A model generated the notes under the pieces. It ran no database searches and was not told the DNA's origin. It worked only from the letters and a program-made list of their open reading frames with translations. 64,000 nucleotides of DNA from an uncultured delta proteobacterium (GTDB lineage: Bacteria > Desulfobacterota > Syntrophia > Syntrophales > UBA2185). The translations under genes were made by a program, and so were the position numbers. The stretch lies in the NCBI GenBank assembly GCA_963729715.1, contig CAVSPA010000007.1, forward strand, positions 416,001 to 480,000, given 5' to 3'. Positions 19,189 through 28,495 of the stretch are shown here, piece by piece; within the stretch, counting starts at the first letter, position 1; every line of letters starts with the position of its first letter.

Positions 19189-20082
19189 TCACTTACGAGG
19201 GTGCCGATCGTCTCTGGGGTCTTTGACTCTCTTGACTATCAGGCGACAGCAACCGAGAATATTCTCCGCCGAATAAAGAGTGAGCTCATCGCGATAATAT
19301 TCTCTGAATATGTCCTCCACGACAGCTTCGTCATCCCGCCCGTCGTGGAGGATGCGAGTCATGATACCCTGAGCGGCTGCGCGTGCCTCCTGAAGCGTCT
19401 TCTTTACATCCGGCCCTTGTGCGATGCAGTTATGGGCCAGTCCAAGGATTTCCGGCTTGAGGCCTTCTATGATGTCTATTGTCGTCATGTAGTCGGCATA
19501 TCCGGTAAAAAAAATTGGGAAGAACCCCGGCCCTGATAACCGGTATCCCAGGCTGTCAGAGGCCAATACGGCGCTTAAGGCTGGGATATGCATGATAATA
19601 TTGCCGGGTGAATGCCCTCGCGCATCCAAGAAATTGATCTTTATATCTCCAAGATCGAGCTCATCCCCCTCGTTGACGACTTTGGAGCCGGATAGCGAAG
19701 GGGAATGCAGGATAGCGGGCCGGCTGGAAACGAGACCGCGATCCAGCATATAAGAAGACATATGCCGGTCTTCCTGGATCAGCGATTCGACCGTCTTCGG
19801 ATGGTCAAGAAACGCCGCCGCATCCTGTCCTGCCATGACAATAGCATGAGGGAAGGCCTGTCTTAAGGCATCGAGACCCCCAATGTGATCACTGTGGGGA
19901 TGGGTGACAATCAGATAATCAGGAATTACGCCTAATGATGATAGTTGCATAATCACCGTATCAGCCATAGCTGAAATACCCATTTCAACCAGGGCTGATG
20001 CCTTCTTCCCTCTTATCAAATAGATGTGAAAATAGGGATGACCCAGAATAAATAGACGTTTAGTCACGGATTGGGGATACAT
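19189..20082 (-). CDS. MBL-fold metallo-hydrolase
   Basis: THPHSDHIGG, GHSPG. Confidence 0.88.
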   Translation of the reverse strand: MYPQSVTKRLFILGHPYFHIYLIRGKKASALVEMGISAMADTVIMQLSSLGVIPDYLIVTHPHSDHIGGLDALRQAFPHAIVMAGQDAAAFLDHPKTVESLIQEDRHMSSYMLDRGLVSSRPAILHSPSLSGSKVVNEGDELDLGDIKINFLDARGHSPGNIIMHIPALSAVLASDSLGYRLSGPGFFPIFFTGYADYMTTIDIIEGLKPEILGLAHNCIAQGPDVKKTLQEARAAAQGIMTRILHDGRDDEAVVEDIFREYYRDELTLYSAENILGCCRLIVKRVKDPRDDRHPRK

Positions 20083-20200
20083 ATCTCACAACGTATCTTT
20101 GTCATTTTGTCGGTCTCTGTTGTCATGTGCCTTGTAGCACATTTTAGAGAAGAGTTCCGCCATTTTTTAGCTATGGTTTGCTCAGCATACACATCGATGC

Positions 20201-20237
20201 AAAAAAAGAGCCGCCCCACCGGAAGGCGAGGCGGCTC
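20201..20237 (-). terminator. Rho-independent terminator after the Cache-domain gene
   Basis: GAGCCGCC/GGCGGCTC stem followed by a T7 tract on the minus strand. Confidence 0.8.
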
Positions 20238-20294
20238 GGAGACTGTCTCTCGATAGTTTTTACATTCTACATTATTTTGGAGGAACGCAGAACG

Positions 20295-20705
20295 CTACAA
20301 TAGATCCTGCCACATTTCTGCGTAGACGCCGCTGCAGATGATCACGTCATCAACTTTCTCAAAATACACATGCTTCACCAGATCTTCTTTGGTAAGCGGG
20401 TTGTACCATTTGTAATCGACAAAGCCGCTGCCCTTGGTGTTGGCGACTTCAACGATCTCTCTGATAAAGCTCCTACCATCGGAATCTTTAACATCACAGA
20501 AGTCCATGCCTATATATTTTTCGTTGACTCCATGCGCCAGCATTGTCCCTTTGAGATTCAGCACGAAAACATACTGTTCGCCTTCTACAAAGGGTCCCTT
20601 CGGATTTGTAAACTCCGCCATAGCAACCGCTTTACCCGCTTTCTTATAAAATGCTATTGCCTTCTTCACGAACTGTCTTGCCTCTTCCCCTGCTGCTCCG
20701 TACAT
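20295..20705 (-). CDS. Stand-alone single Cache-domain protein
   Basis: YVFV...G.MLAH, KDSDG..FIRE, GFVDYKWYNP, ICSGVY. Confidence 0.88.
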   Translation of the reverse strand: MYGAAGEEARQFVKKAIAFYKKAGKAVAMAEFTNPKGPFVEGEQYVFVLNLKGTMLAHGVNEKYIGMDFCDVKDSDGRSFIREIVEVANTKGSGFVDYKWYNPLTKEDLVKHVYFEKVDDVIICSGVYAEMWQDLL

Positions 20706-20875
20706 AAGCCCCTCCTCCTTCAGTTAGTTATTGCCCGGTCAACTTCAAATGTCAGCCGGTTATGGATTTAAGCCTAATTAACTGTTACGCAGGATACTAA
20801 TATAGTATGACTTTTGACAATTGCAATTGCGAAAAACCGGGAAGAGTATGAGGGAAAATCTTATTTTATTCTAAG

Positions 20876-21556
20876 TCAAAGGAGTAGATTTAATTCCGTA
20901 ATGATCCTGTCACTCGTGGTCCTTATGATCCATGAACGCATAACTTCAAGCGCCTGTTTATGCAGGTCCGGACTCCATGATCCCACCGCGTCCTCCGGCA
21001 CGATCACACGATAACCTGCATCGGCCGCGCCGATACAGGTGGAGATCACGCAGTGGTTCGTGTACATCCCCGCCGCAACGATTGTATCAATTCCCTTCTG
21101 CGTTAAGACATGATCAATTACGGAGGAATTAAATGCCCCTTGGGCCGTCTTGCTGATAACAGGCTCATTGGGCAAGGGAGAGATAGCCGGCATGATCATA
21201 TACCCGGGATCTTTGACGGAGACAATTGCGGGAACACCGAGTTTCTCCCTGCACTTCCTGTTCCATAAGCGGACATACGGAACGAGGTCTGATCCGTCTT
21301 CCGTGAGAGAACCGAAGGCCGTAAATGCAACACATGCTCCGGCCTTCCGGAATGATGAAAGCAATCTCCCGATAACCGGAAGGAGTTCCTTCCCCCGGCG
21401 GACGGCACCCTCTTTCGCCTCTGGCCCGTTGACGACGCCGAAGTAGCGAGGCAGATTTCCCCCCTCGCCTGCTTGATATACCTGCATGTCGATTATCAGA
21501 AGGGCCGTTTCCTTTTTGCTCTTTATCAGTACATTCCCGATAGCGTTCTTGGCCAT
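20876..21556 (-). CDS. Cysteine hydrolase (isochorismatase family)
   Basis: ALLIIDMQ, K...AF, GMYTNHCV. Start moved to ATG 21556 to avoid overlap with the upstream gene. Confidence 0.85.
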   Translation of the reverse strand: MAKNAIGNVLIKSKKETALLIIDMQVYQAGEGGNLPRYFGVVNGPEAKEGAVRRGKELLPVIGRLLSSFRKAGACVAFTAFGSLTEDGSDLVPYVRLWNRKCREKLGVPAIVSVKDPGYMIMPAISPLPNEPVISKTAQGAFNSSVIDHVLTQKGIDTIVAAGMYTNHCVISTCIGAADAGYRVIVPEDAVGSWSPDLHKQALEVMRSWIIRTTSDRIITELNLLL

Positions 21557-21593
21557 GTGTATATCCGTGTTCCTTGACACCCACGATGGGGCC

Positions 21594-21986
21594 TCATTTA
21601 ATGGGCCATTCTCCCCGTTCTTTGAGAACATCCCGATAAACTTCAAGGGCCTCATTGACGGCGGGCATGCCCGCGTAGGTCGCAACCTGGAAAAAAATCT
21701 CCGCCAGCTTCTTGGGATCACAACCTACATTCAGCGCCGCGTTCACGTGAAGCTTAAGTTCGCCTGTTGCCCTCAGAGCCGCGAGCATGGCGCAAGCAGC
21801 CATCTGCCTTTCGGGGAGGGTTAAAACAGTCCGGGAATAAAGGTTGCCCGTTATGAACCGGGAGAAGTCATTGGCAAGGTCCTTGTCAAACTCCCTCCAC
21901 ATTAGATAAGGCGGAGCTATCTTGATCCCTTTGCCGAAGAGGGTATTCGCGGTTTCCTGAGTTCTTTTCTTGATTTCGTCGCTCAT
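21594..21986 (-). CDS. Carboxymuconolactone decarboxylase family protein
   Basis: LYSR..L...ER, ELKLHVNAALNVG, YAGMP. Confidence 0.9.
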   Translation of the reverse strand: MSDEIKKRTQETANTLFGKGIKIAPPYLMWREFDKDLANDFSRFITGNLYSRTVLTLPERQMAACAMLAALRATGELKLHVNAALNVGCDPKKLAEIFFQVATYAGMPAVNEALEVYRDVLKERGEWPIK

Positions 21987-22006
21987 GATCTCATTCCTTA
22001 AATTTT

Positions 22007-22231
22007 TCATTCATGGTCATCGTTAAGCTTGCCGCCGTAAGGGTTTACCTTAATGTCATCAAAGCAGGTATGGCAGAATACTTTTGTATCCACGTGGCCG
22101 CATCCATAGCCCCAAAGGTCAAATTTACGGCACTCTATGCAGAGAGGAACCTGGCAACCGTCACAGAAGATGACAGCAGGGATTTTCCCGCAACGCATGC
22201 AGGCTAGACCTGTTTCTGTTACGATGATCAT
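22007..22231 (-). CDS. Small Cys-rich zinc-finger (B-box-like) protein
   Basis: CMRC-x8-CDGC-x4-CIEC...CGH...CHTC. Confidence 0.7.
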   Translation of the reverse strand: MIIVTETGLACMRCGKIPAVIFCDGCQVPLCIECRKFDLWGYGCGHVDTKVFCHTCFDDIKVNPYGGKLNDDHE

Positions 22232-22308
22232 GGAATATCAGGCTAACACAAGCAATAAAAATGGACAAGATGAAACGGGAGGGCATTTCATCAGCTTATC
22301 CGGAAAAT

Positions 22309-22989
22309 TTATTTCTTTTCTGCTCTCGCTTCTTTTTCGAAATCATGAGCTCTCACATTATCATGATGTTGAAAAAATGCGGGGTAGCATTCCCGGAAGT
22401 AGGCGACAATCCTTTCATAGGGTACGTCGGTAAAAGGACCGTGATCCCTAACGTATTCCATATGCTTCTTTCCTTCCCCGTCATATGGATGAAAGAGGCT
22501 GTCATTTCTGCCATCGAAGTTGAGAGGATTTACGCCAAACTTGTCACACAGGGATAGGTTGAACGTTGGTGTAGCCTTGACCCAGCGGTCGCCGAGGAAG
22601 AGTTCCGTATAACCGTGAAAGATGAAGGTATCCGTTTTCATCAACTGCCGGAGCCTTTCCGTGGTAAGGTGGTTGCGCACATCGGCAAAGCCGAGCCGGG
22701 CGGGAATACCGGAGGCACGGGCAACAGCAACAAGCACAATTGCTTTGGCCACGCAATAACCATAGCCCTTTCCTATGATGACGCTCGCTTTGAAAGCCTC
22801 TCTTTTTTCCAAATCGATCCGGTACGGGTCATACCTGATCTTGTCTCGAACTGCATAAAAGAGGGCTATGCCTTTCTCCATTGAGGTCTTGATGCCGCCC
22901 GCGGCATCTCCGGCGAAGGCTGTGACCTCCGATGCATCACTGTCAATATAGTACGTGGGCCGGAGGTATTGTTCGTGATCATTTGCCAT
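22309..22989 (-). CDS. Transglutaminase-like family protein
   Basis: YAVRD.IRYDPY, GYCVAKA, FHGYTE, WVKATP. Confidence 0.92.
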   Translation of the reverse strand: MANDHEQYLRPTYYIDSDASEVTAFAGDAAGGIKTSMEKGIALFYAVRDKIRYDPYRIDLEKREAFKASVIIGKGYGYCVAKAIVLVAVARASGIPARLGFADVRNHLTTERLRQLMKTDTFIFHGYTELFLGDRWVKATPTFNLSLCDKFGVNPLNFDGRNDSLFHPYDGEGKKHMEYVRDHGPFTDVPYERIVAYFRECYPAFFQHHDNVRAHDFEKEARAEKK

Positions 22990-23239
22990 ATTAGTCTGAT
23001 AGGAATTTTCCGTTGTCCGTCTGGAGTATATGAGAAAGGAAATGGCTTATCAATTGCAAGTGAGTAGAAAACAATACGGATACCGGCAAACAATATCAAT
23101 CGACGGATGAAAGTGATTTTCTGTATCTCTCGCCGACTCAATTATTTATTTCCGGCCGCGCTCTAAGCGCCAAGAGCGCCACGAGTGCTGAAAAGATTTC
23201 ACGCAGTTAAGCAAATATTACTTGTCAAAAAATATGTTC

Positions 23240-23719
23240 TTAATCTTCAGACCGAAGCAGGACAGAAACATGGCTGACGTCTTCCAGATCATCCCTCCAA
23301 CTCTTGTTTTCGAGGATTCTTTTCTTCTTGACAAATGTCCATAACTCATCAAGCTGGGCCTCAGTCATTTTCAGTGAATAGAGAAGATTTGACAATACGG
23401 ACTCACAATGTTCTCCCGCACGGAGGATTACGCGCTGCACAATGCCTTTATCGATTTTCAATGATCGCGCGGTCGATTGAACTCCATCACCTTCTGCCGC
23501 ATGGTGAAGAATCTGTCTGATAATATCTTCGGACAAATGCATCCTGTAAAAAGCTGTTGACGTCGATGCGGCGAAACGTTTTCCGCAGGTTCTGCAATAT
23601 AATAGTTTTCTGTTCTTATTTTTGCCGTAGTTACCGCGTACGCCAACATTACCGTTGTCCCTCAGACCGTAATCTTTACAGCCTCTGTTGGGGCAGTATA
23701 TATATTCAATTTCCAACAC
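23240..23719 (-). CDS. IS1-family InsA-like Zn-ribbon plus HTH protein lacking the DDE catalytic domain
   Basis: CPNRGC...YCRTCGKRF; HTH EGDGVQSTARSLKIDKGIV; ends shortly after QLDELWTFVKKK. GTG 23719 has GGAGG 9 nt upstream. Confidence 0.8.
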   Translation of the reverse strand: MLEIEYIYCPNRGCKDYGLRDNGNVGVRGNYGKNKNRKLLYCRTCGKRFAASTSTAFYRMHLSEDIIRQILHHAAEGDGVQSTARSLKIDKGIVQRVILRAGEHCESVLSNLLYSLKMTEAQLDELWTFVKKKRILENKSWRDDLEDVSHVSVLLRSED

Positions 23720-23772
23720 GTTGAAATACCTCCGATCAGTAGTTCTTAGTTTGTCAATTAGAAAGTTTGTCA

Positions 23773-23830
23773 ATTCTATTCGAACTCAATTATCAAAACA
23801 ATATTAAAAGATTAATAAATAATATTAAGA
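23773..23830 (-). promoter_or_regulatory. Promoter (TTGTTT-N17-TAGAAT) fused to copy 1 of the 32-bp AT-rich motif
   Basis: 23799-23830 CAATATTAAAAGATTAATAAATAATATTAAGA is 29/32 identical to 34401-34432. Confidence 0.7.
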
Positions 23831-24049
23831 ATTAATTAATTAGAAATTTGCCGCAAAATTGTATTCCGGAAATAGTGGTTTTATTGTGAGCTTTAACTTG
23901 CATCCACTATGCTATCGGTGTATATTAATTGCGCTTTTGAAGAAAATGATTAAGTCGATAATTTGTCTCATAATATCCTTCCTCGATGAATTTTCGATCT
24001 GAATCTATCTGATGGCATGATATAAATAGAAAGAAGTTAACTCAAAGGG

Positions 24050-26143
24050 ATGTATAACCATATGGAAGATAACATTCGCTGGACGAAGACACATTGCGCC
24101 AGGATGGACCATGGGGGCTGTAGCCTTCTGGTCGGCGTGAAAGATAATCAGATTGTCAGGGTGAAGGGGGATCCGGAGGGCTACCTGAGTAAGGGTTATA
24201 TATGCCCTAAGGGCGTAGCATCGCCGGATAGACTGACACACCCGGACCGTCTCAGGCATCCCCTCAAGCGGGCAGGAATGCGCGGCGAAGGCAAATGGCA
24301 GCGCATAACCTGGGAAGAGGCCTTGCAGGAGGTCGCCGGAAATCTCCTTGAGATCAAGGAAAAGCACGGTGCGAGGGCAGTTGCATTTGGCGTCGGCATG
24401 CCCAAAGGCCTTGAGCATTTTGTCCTCATTCGTCTGGCCAATCTTTTCGGATCTCCGAATGTGGTCGCTTCTCAGGATGTCTGCCACGCACCCCGTGAGA
24501 TCACGGGCATCCACACATGCGGCTTTTACCCGGTCGCAGATTTTCACCATCCGAGCAAGCTCGCCGTCCTGTGGGGAAGCAACATTACCTCCACGAATGA
24601 AGAGGGTGAAATCAACAGCATGTTCCTCGAACAGATGAAGAACGGGATGGAGTTGATCGTAATCGATCCGCGCCGGATCGACACAGTTAAGAAAGCGCGG
24701 ATGTGGCTGCAGATCAGGCCCGGCACGGACAATGCCTTGGCCCTGGGATTCCTGAATGTCATTATTTCCGAGGGTCTGTACGACAAAGAATTTGTGGAAA
24801 AATGGACTGCGGGTTTTCCCGATCTGGTGGAACATGTAAGACAATTCACGCCGGAGCAGGTCTCCACAATCACCTGGGTCGCACCCGAACTCATAAGAGA
24901 CGCCGCCCGCTGCTATGCCACGGCAAAGCCGGCAGTCATCCAATGGGGAAATCCCATAGAACACAATATTTTCACCTTCGACACCGCAAGAGCTCTTATC
25001 TGCCTCATGGCCATAACGGGAAATCTCGATGTGCCCGGTGGCAACGTAGAGGCGAAAGACCCACAGATCGTGGGGCTGGGTCCCTTTGTCCGGGCCGATC
25101 TCATGCCTGATAAGTACAAGAACATGATCAGCGCCCACCACAGCGTAATCCCGCGCCTGATGACAATTGCGCCCGCGTATTTCCGGAAGGCAGTTTTGGA
25201 AGGAATTCCCTACCCGGTGAAGGGATTTTACGCCATGTGCTGCAATCCCCTATTGACCTACGCAGACAGCCGTCAGACTTATGAGGCCCTCATGAAACTG
25301 GACTTCCTCGCCATAGCTGATATCTTCATGACCCCGACTGCGGCCCTGGCGGATATCGTTCTGCCCGCAGCCACACAGTTCGAATTTGATGATATCGGCC
25401 ATCTCGGAATCGGTCACGGTTACCTCCTGGCAAGGCCCAAGGTCGTGGAACCGCCGGAGGAGTGCTGGCCGGATATGAAGATTATGAATGAGCTGGGTAA
25501 ACGCATAAGTCCGCCGGAACTCTGGCACGACGATTACCGTATGTTCCTCGAAGACGTCGTCAAACCGGCAGGACTTACGTATGCCGAGTTTGCGGAGAGG
25601 GGATACCTGAAAGGACCGGACCGTTTCAAATCCTACGAGAAGAAAGGATTTAGGACCCCATCTGGAAAGGCCGAACTCGCCCTTAGCACAGCGGAGAAGT
25701 TTAAATTAACTTCCCTGCCGCAATACAAGGGTCTGCCGGAAGACGACGACCCCGATTATCCCCTGCTCCTCACCAGCGCCAAGAGCCGCTTCTTCCTCCA
25801 TTCGTCCTACCAATGGCTGGAAAAGCTCAGGAAACTGAGACCTCATCCGCGGCTGGAGATCCACCCGGAGACGGCACAGAAATACGGCATCAAGGAAGGT
25901 GATGAGGTTGTTATCGAAACGAAATACGGCAGGATCACCCAGATGGCCAACCTGACAGACGGCATTGATCCCCGCGTGCTATGCGCTACCCATGGATGGT
26001 GGTTCCCGGAAGGTAGGCCGGACACGCAGTACGATTGGGAAAGATCCAATTTCAACATGCTTACCTCTACGGGCAAGCTCGGCAGGGAGTACGGCACGCC
26101 CAATCTGAAGGGCCTGCCCTGCAGGATCAGCAGGAAGACCTGA
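24050..26143 (+). CDS. DMSO-reductase-family molybdo/tungsto-bisPGD oxidoreductase (acetylene hydratase-like)
   Basis: CARMDHGGC...CPKG, RLRHPLKR, WQRITWEEAL, IRPGTD, ADIVLPA, C-terminal IHPETA. No Tat signal. Confidence 0.9.
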   Translation: MYNHMEDNIRWTKTHCARMDHGGCSLLVGVKDNQIVRVKGDPEGYLSKGYICPKGVASPDRLTHPDRLRHPLKRAGMRGEGKWQRITWEEALQEVAGNLLEIKEKHGARAVAFGVGMPKGLEHFVLIRLANLFGSPNVVASQDVCHAPREITGIHTCGFYPVADFHHPSKLAVLWGSNITSTNEEGEINSMFLEQMKNGMELIVIDPRRIDTVKKARMWLQIRPGTDNALALGFLNVIISEGLYDKEFVEKWTAGFPDLVEHVRQFTPEQVSTITWVAPELIRDAARCYATAKPAVIQWGNPIEHNIFTFDTARALICLMAITGNLDVPGGNVEAKDPQIVGLGPFVRADLMPDKYKNMISAHHSVIPRLMTIAPAYFRKAVLEGIPYPVKGFYAMCCNPLLTYADSRQTYEALMKLDFLAIADIFMTPTAALADIVLPAATQFEFDDIGHLGIGHGYLLARPKVVEPPEECWPDMKIMNELGKRISPPELWHDDYRMFLEDVVKPAGLTYAEFAERGYLKGPDRFKSYEKKGFRTPSGKAELALSTAEKFKLTSLPQYKGLPEDDDPDYPLLLTSAKSRFFLHSSYQWLEKLRKLRPHPRLEIHPETAQKYGIKEGDEVVIETKYGRITQMANLTDGIDPRVLCATHGWWFPEGRPDTQYDWERSNFNMLTSTGKLGREYGTPNLKGLPCRISRKT

Positions 26144-26217
26144 GCCTCTGTTTTGCTGTGAGATGGAAAGAGAAATAGCAGTTACTTAAATCAACCTACG
26201 CAGAAAGGAGCAACGCA

Positions 26218-26508
26218 ATGATCAAGCATATAGTCTTCATGAAATTCAAGGCAGGTGTTACAGAAAAAAATATCGAGGATCTGGAGAAGGCCATGGCAAA
26301 GCTACCTGGAAGAATTCCGGAAATAAAAGAGTATCAATTCGGCCGCGATATCGTTCATTCCTCAAGGTCATACGATTTCGCTCTGATTTCCGCCTTTGAA
26401 GACCTGGAGGCACTGAAGCGTTATCAACCGCATCCCGACCACCTTCCCGTTCTCACAAAGGTGAAGGAAATATGTGAAAACATTCTGGCAGTGGATTTCA
26501 AGGTGTAA
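26218..26508 (+). CDS. Dabb-family (stress-responsive alpha/beta barrel) protein
   Basis: MIKHIVFMKFK...YQPHPDH...VDF. Confidence 0.92.
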   Translation: MIKHIVFMKFKAGVTEKNIEDLEKAMAKLPGRIPEIKEYQFGRDIVHSSRSYDFALISAFEDLEALKRYQPHPDHLPVLTKVKEICENILAVDFKV

Positions 26509-26664
26509 CTTCATCCGTAAAGTGCCAACAGCTTTTCTCGGAGGAATCACCAAATCTTCCGAATCCTTGATGTTCATGCATTATCCTCTTGTGCTGCAGT
26601 GCACATGGAAACAGATAGAAACGCATCTGCATATAAGAATCCTATCCAATCATCGGTGATTGCT

Positions 26665-27450
26665 ATGAAGGCGGCCTTTGTACAGTTCAACCCTCAATTT
26701 GGGGAAATAGAAGCAAATGTCAAGAAAGCCGTAAAGCACATCAAGAGAACTGAGGCTGAAATTATCGTTCTTCCGGAACTGTTTAATACAGGTTATCTCA
26801 TAACATCAAAGGACGAGGCATTTGACCTCGCGGAGCCGCTACCTGACGGCAAGACAACAGAAGCGTTATGTGCGGCGGCGCAGGAAAGAAAAGTTCACAT
26901 CATCGCCGGTCTGATCGAAAGGGAGGATGAGAATCTTTTCAATGCGGCCGTTGTTATATCTCCCTCGGGTTATCTGGGAAGGTACAGGAAGGTTCATCTG
27001 TTCAACGAAGAAAAACTCTGGTTTCAGCGTGGAGACCTCGGGCTTAATGTCTTTGACATAGGGATATGCAAGATAGGGGTGATGATCTGTTTTGACTGGT
27101 TCTTCCCTGAATCCATGCGCACCCTCGCACTCAAGGGAGCCGATTTGATCTGCCACAGTGCAAATCTGGTTCTCCCTTTCTGTCAGGATGCGATGAAGAC
27201 CAGATGCTTGGAAAACCGTGTTTTCGCCGTTACGGCCAACAGGACAGGCGAGGAGAACAGAAACGGAAAGAGTTGCCGCTATACAGGCAGAAGCCAGATA
27301 ACGGGACCGGATGCAAGAATTCTGTACCAGGCAGGCGCTGAAACCGAAGAGATCGGTATAGCCGAGATTGACATTGATTTGGCGCGGAACAAGAATCTGA
27401 ATCCTTACAACCATGCCCTTCTGGATAGAAGGGAAGAATTCTACAGTTGA
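26665..27450 (+). CDS. Carbon-nitrogen hydrolase (nitrilase superfamily)
   Basis: E-K-C triad in LPELFNTGY, YRKVHL, ICFDWFFPE. Confidence 0.92.
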   Translation: MKAAFVQFNPQFGEIEANVKKAVKHIKRTEAEIIVLPELFNTGYLITSKDEAFDLAEPLPDGKTTEALCAAAQERKVHIIAGLIEREDENLFNAAVVISPSGYLGRYRKVHLFNEEKLWFQRGDLGLNVFDIGICKIGVMICFDWFFPESMRTLALKGADLICHSANLVLPFCQDAMKTRCLENRVFAVTANRTGEENRNGKSCRYTGRSQITGPDARILYQAGAETEEIGIAEIDIDLARNKNLNPYNHALLDRREEFYS

Positions 27451-27528
27451 TCTGTTCCAAAGGCGAAGTTCAGTATTTCAATATTCTTGCAATACCAGCT
27501 AATGCTCTGTTCCTGAAGATGGAGAGGA

Positions 27529-28428
27529 TTAGCGTGCAAGGTGGGATACCATGGAAGGAAATTTCTGTCCCATGTAGCGTTCAAACTGCAAGCTCGCTTC
27601 GATGAGCATGTCCAGGCTTATGCCGGTCTCTATACCTGTCTCATGGAGCATATTGACGGTGTCTTCCGTGGCGATGTTTCCTCTGGCGCCAATGCTAAAA
27701 GGGCAACCACCCAGCCCTCCGAGAGACGCATCGAAGATGGAGACCCCCTCGTTGATTGCCGCCCAGACATTAGCCAGTCCCAAACCACGCGTATTGTGAA
27801 GATGAAGGGAAAGAGGCACCTTCTCCGCGACATCCTGCACACGTTTCACAAGCTTTCCAACTTGCGCTGGATTAGCCATGCCCGATGTATCGGCAAGACA
27901 GATTTCGTCCGGTTCTTTTTTCAGGAGACCCTTCACCAGCTTTATGACTTTATCTTGAGGAACATTTCCCTCGTAGGCACATCCGAAGGCGTTCATCACT
28001 CCCGCTCGCACTTCCATGCCCGCACCGTGCGCCTTCCCCATGAGCAGCCCCGCTTCCCTCATCGCCTCCGCAATGGACGCATTGCTATTTTTCCTGCTGT
28101 GCGTTTCGCTTGCGGACACATAAATACCTACCTGCTGCACCCCGCACCGCATAGCTCTCCCCAGACCCCTCTCATTTAATACAAGGGCCGCATATACGGC
28201 GCCTTTCCTTTGACTGACCATGCTCCAGAGTTTCTCTGCATCCGCCATCTGCGGCACCAGGCGCGGATTGACAAAGGATGACACCTCGATGCGCCGTACT
28301 CCGCAACCGGTCAATGCATTGACGAGCTTTACCTTGTGCTCGGTGGATACGAGCTTCTTCTCGTTCTGGATGCCATCCCTAAGGACGACTTCGTGGATTT
28401 CAATCTTTCGCGGGAGGCGGCTTTGCAT
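27529..28428 (-). CDS. Hydroxymethylglutaryl-CoA lyase, canonical
   Basis: EVVLRDGIQNE, LADTSG, HLHNTRG, GLGGCPF, GNIATED. Confidence 0.9.
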   Translation of the reverse strand: MQSRLPRKIEIHEVVLRDGIQNEKKLVSTEHKVKLVNALTGCGVRRIEVSSFVNPRLVPQMADAEKLWSMVSQRKGAVYAALVLNERGLGRAMRCGVQQVGIYVSASETHSRKNSNASIAEAMREAGLLMGKAHGAGMEVRAGVMNAFGCAYEGNVPQDKVIKLVKGLLKKEPDEICLADTSGMANPAQVGKLVKRVQDVAEKVPLSLHLHNTRGLGLANVWAAINEGVSIFDASLGGLGGCPFSIGARGNIATEDTVNMLHETGIETGISLDMLIEASLQFERYMGQKFPSMVSHLAR

Positions 28429-28445
28429 AGGCTTGTTCGGTATGC

Positions 28446-28480
28446 AAAAAGAAACAGGGGGAGAATAACTCCTCCCCCTG
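28446..28480 (-). terminator. Terminator between the two HMGL-family genes
   Basis: CAGGGGGAG/CTCCCCCTG stem followed by TTTCTTTTT on the minus strand. Confidence 0.7.
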
Positions 28481-28495
28481 CGCGAGACAATGATT

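Noticed and set aside
20818..20829. 12-bp palindrome CAATTGCAATTG upstream of the Cache gene
   Set aside because: Single short occurrence that could be chance; no cognate regulator evident.
24005..25141. 378-aa minus-strand ORF and similar long antisense ORFs (10548, 11627, 29264, 36984, 61484)
   Set aside because: They lie opposite well-supported genes and show no family motifs.
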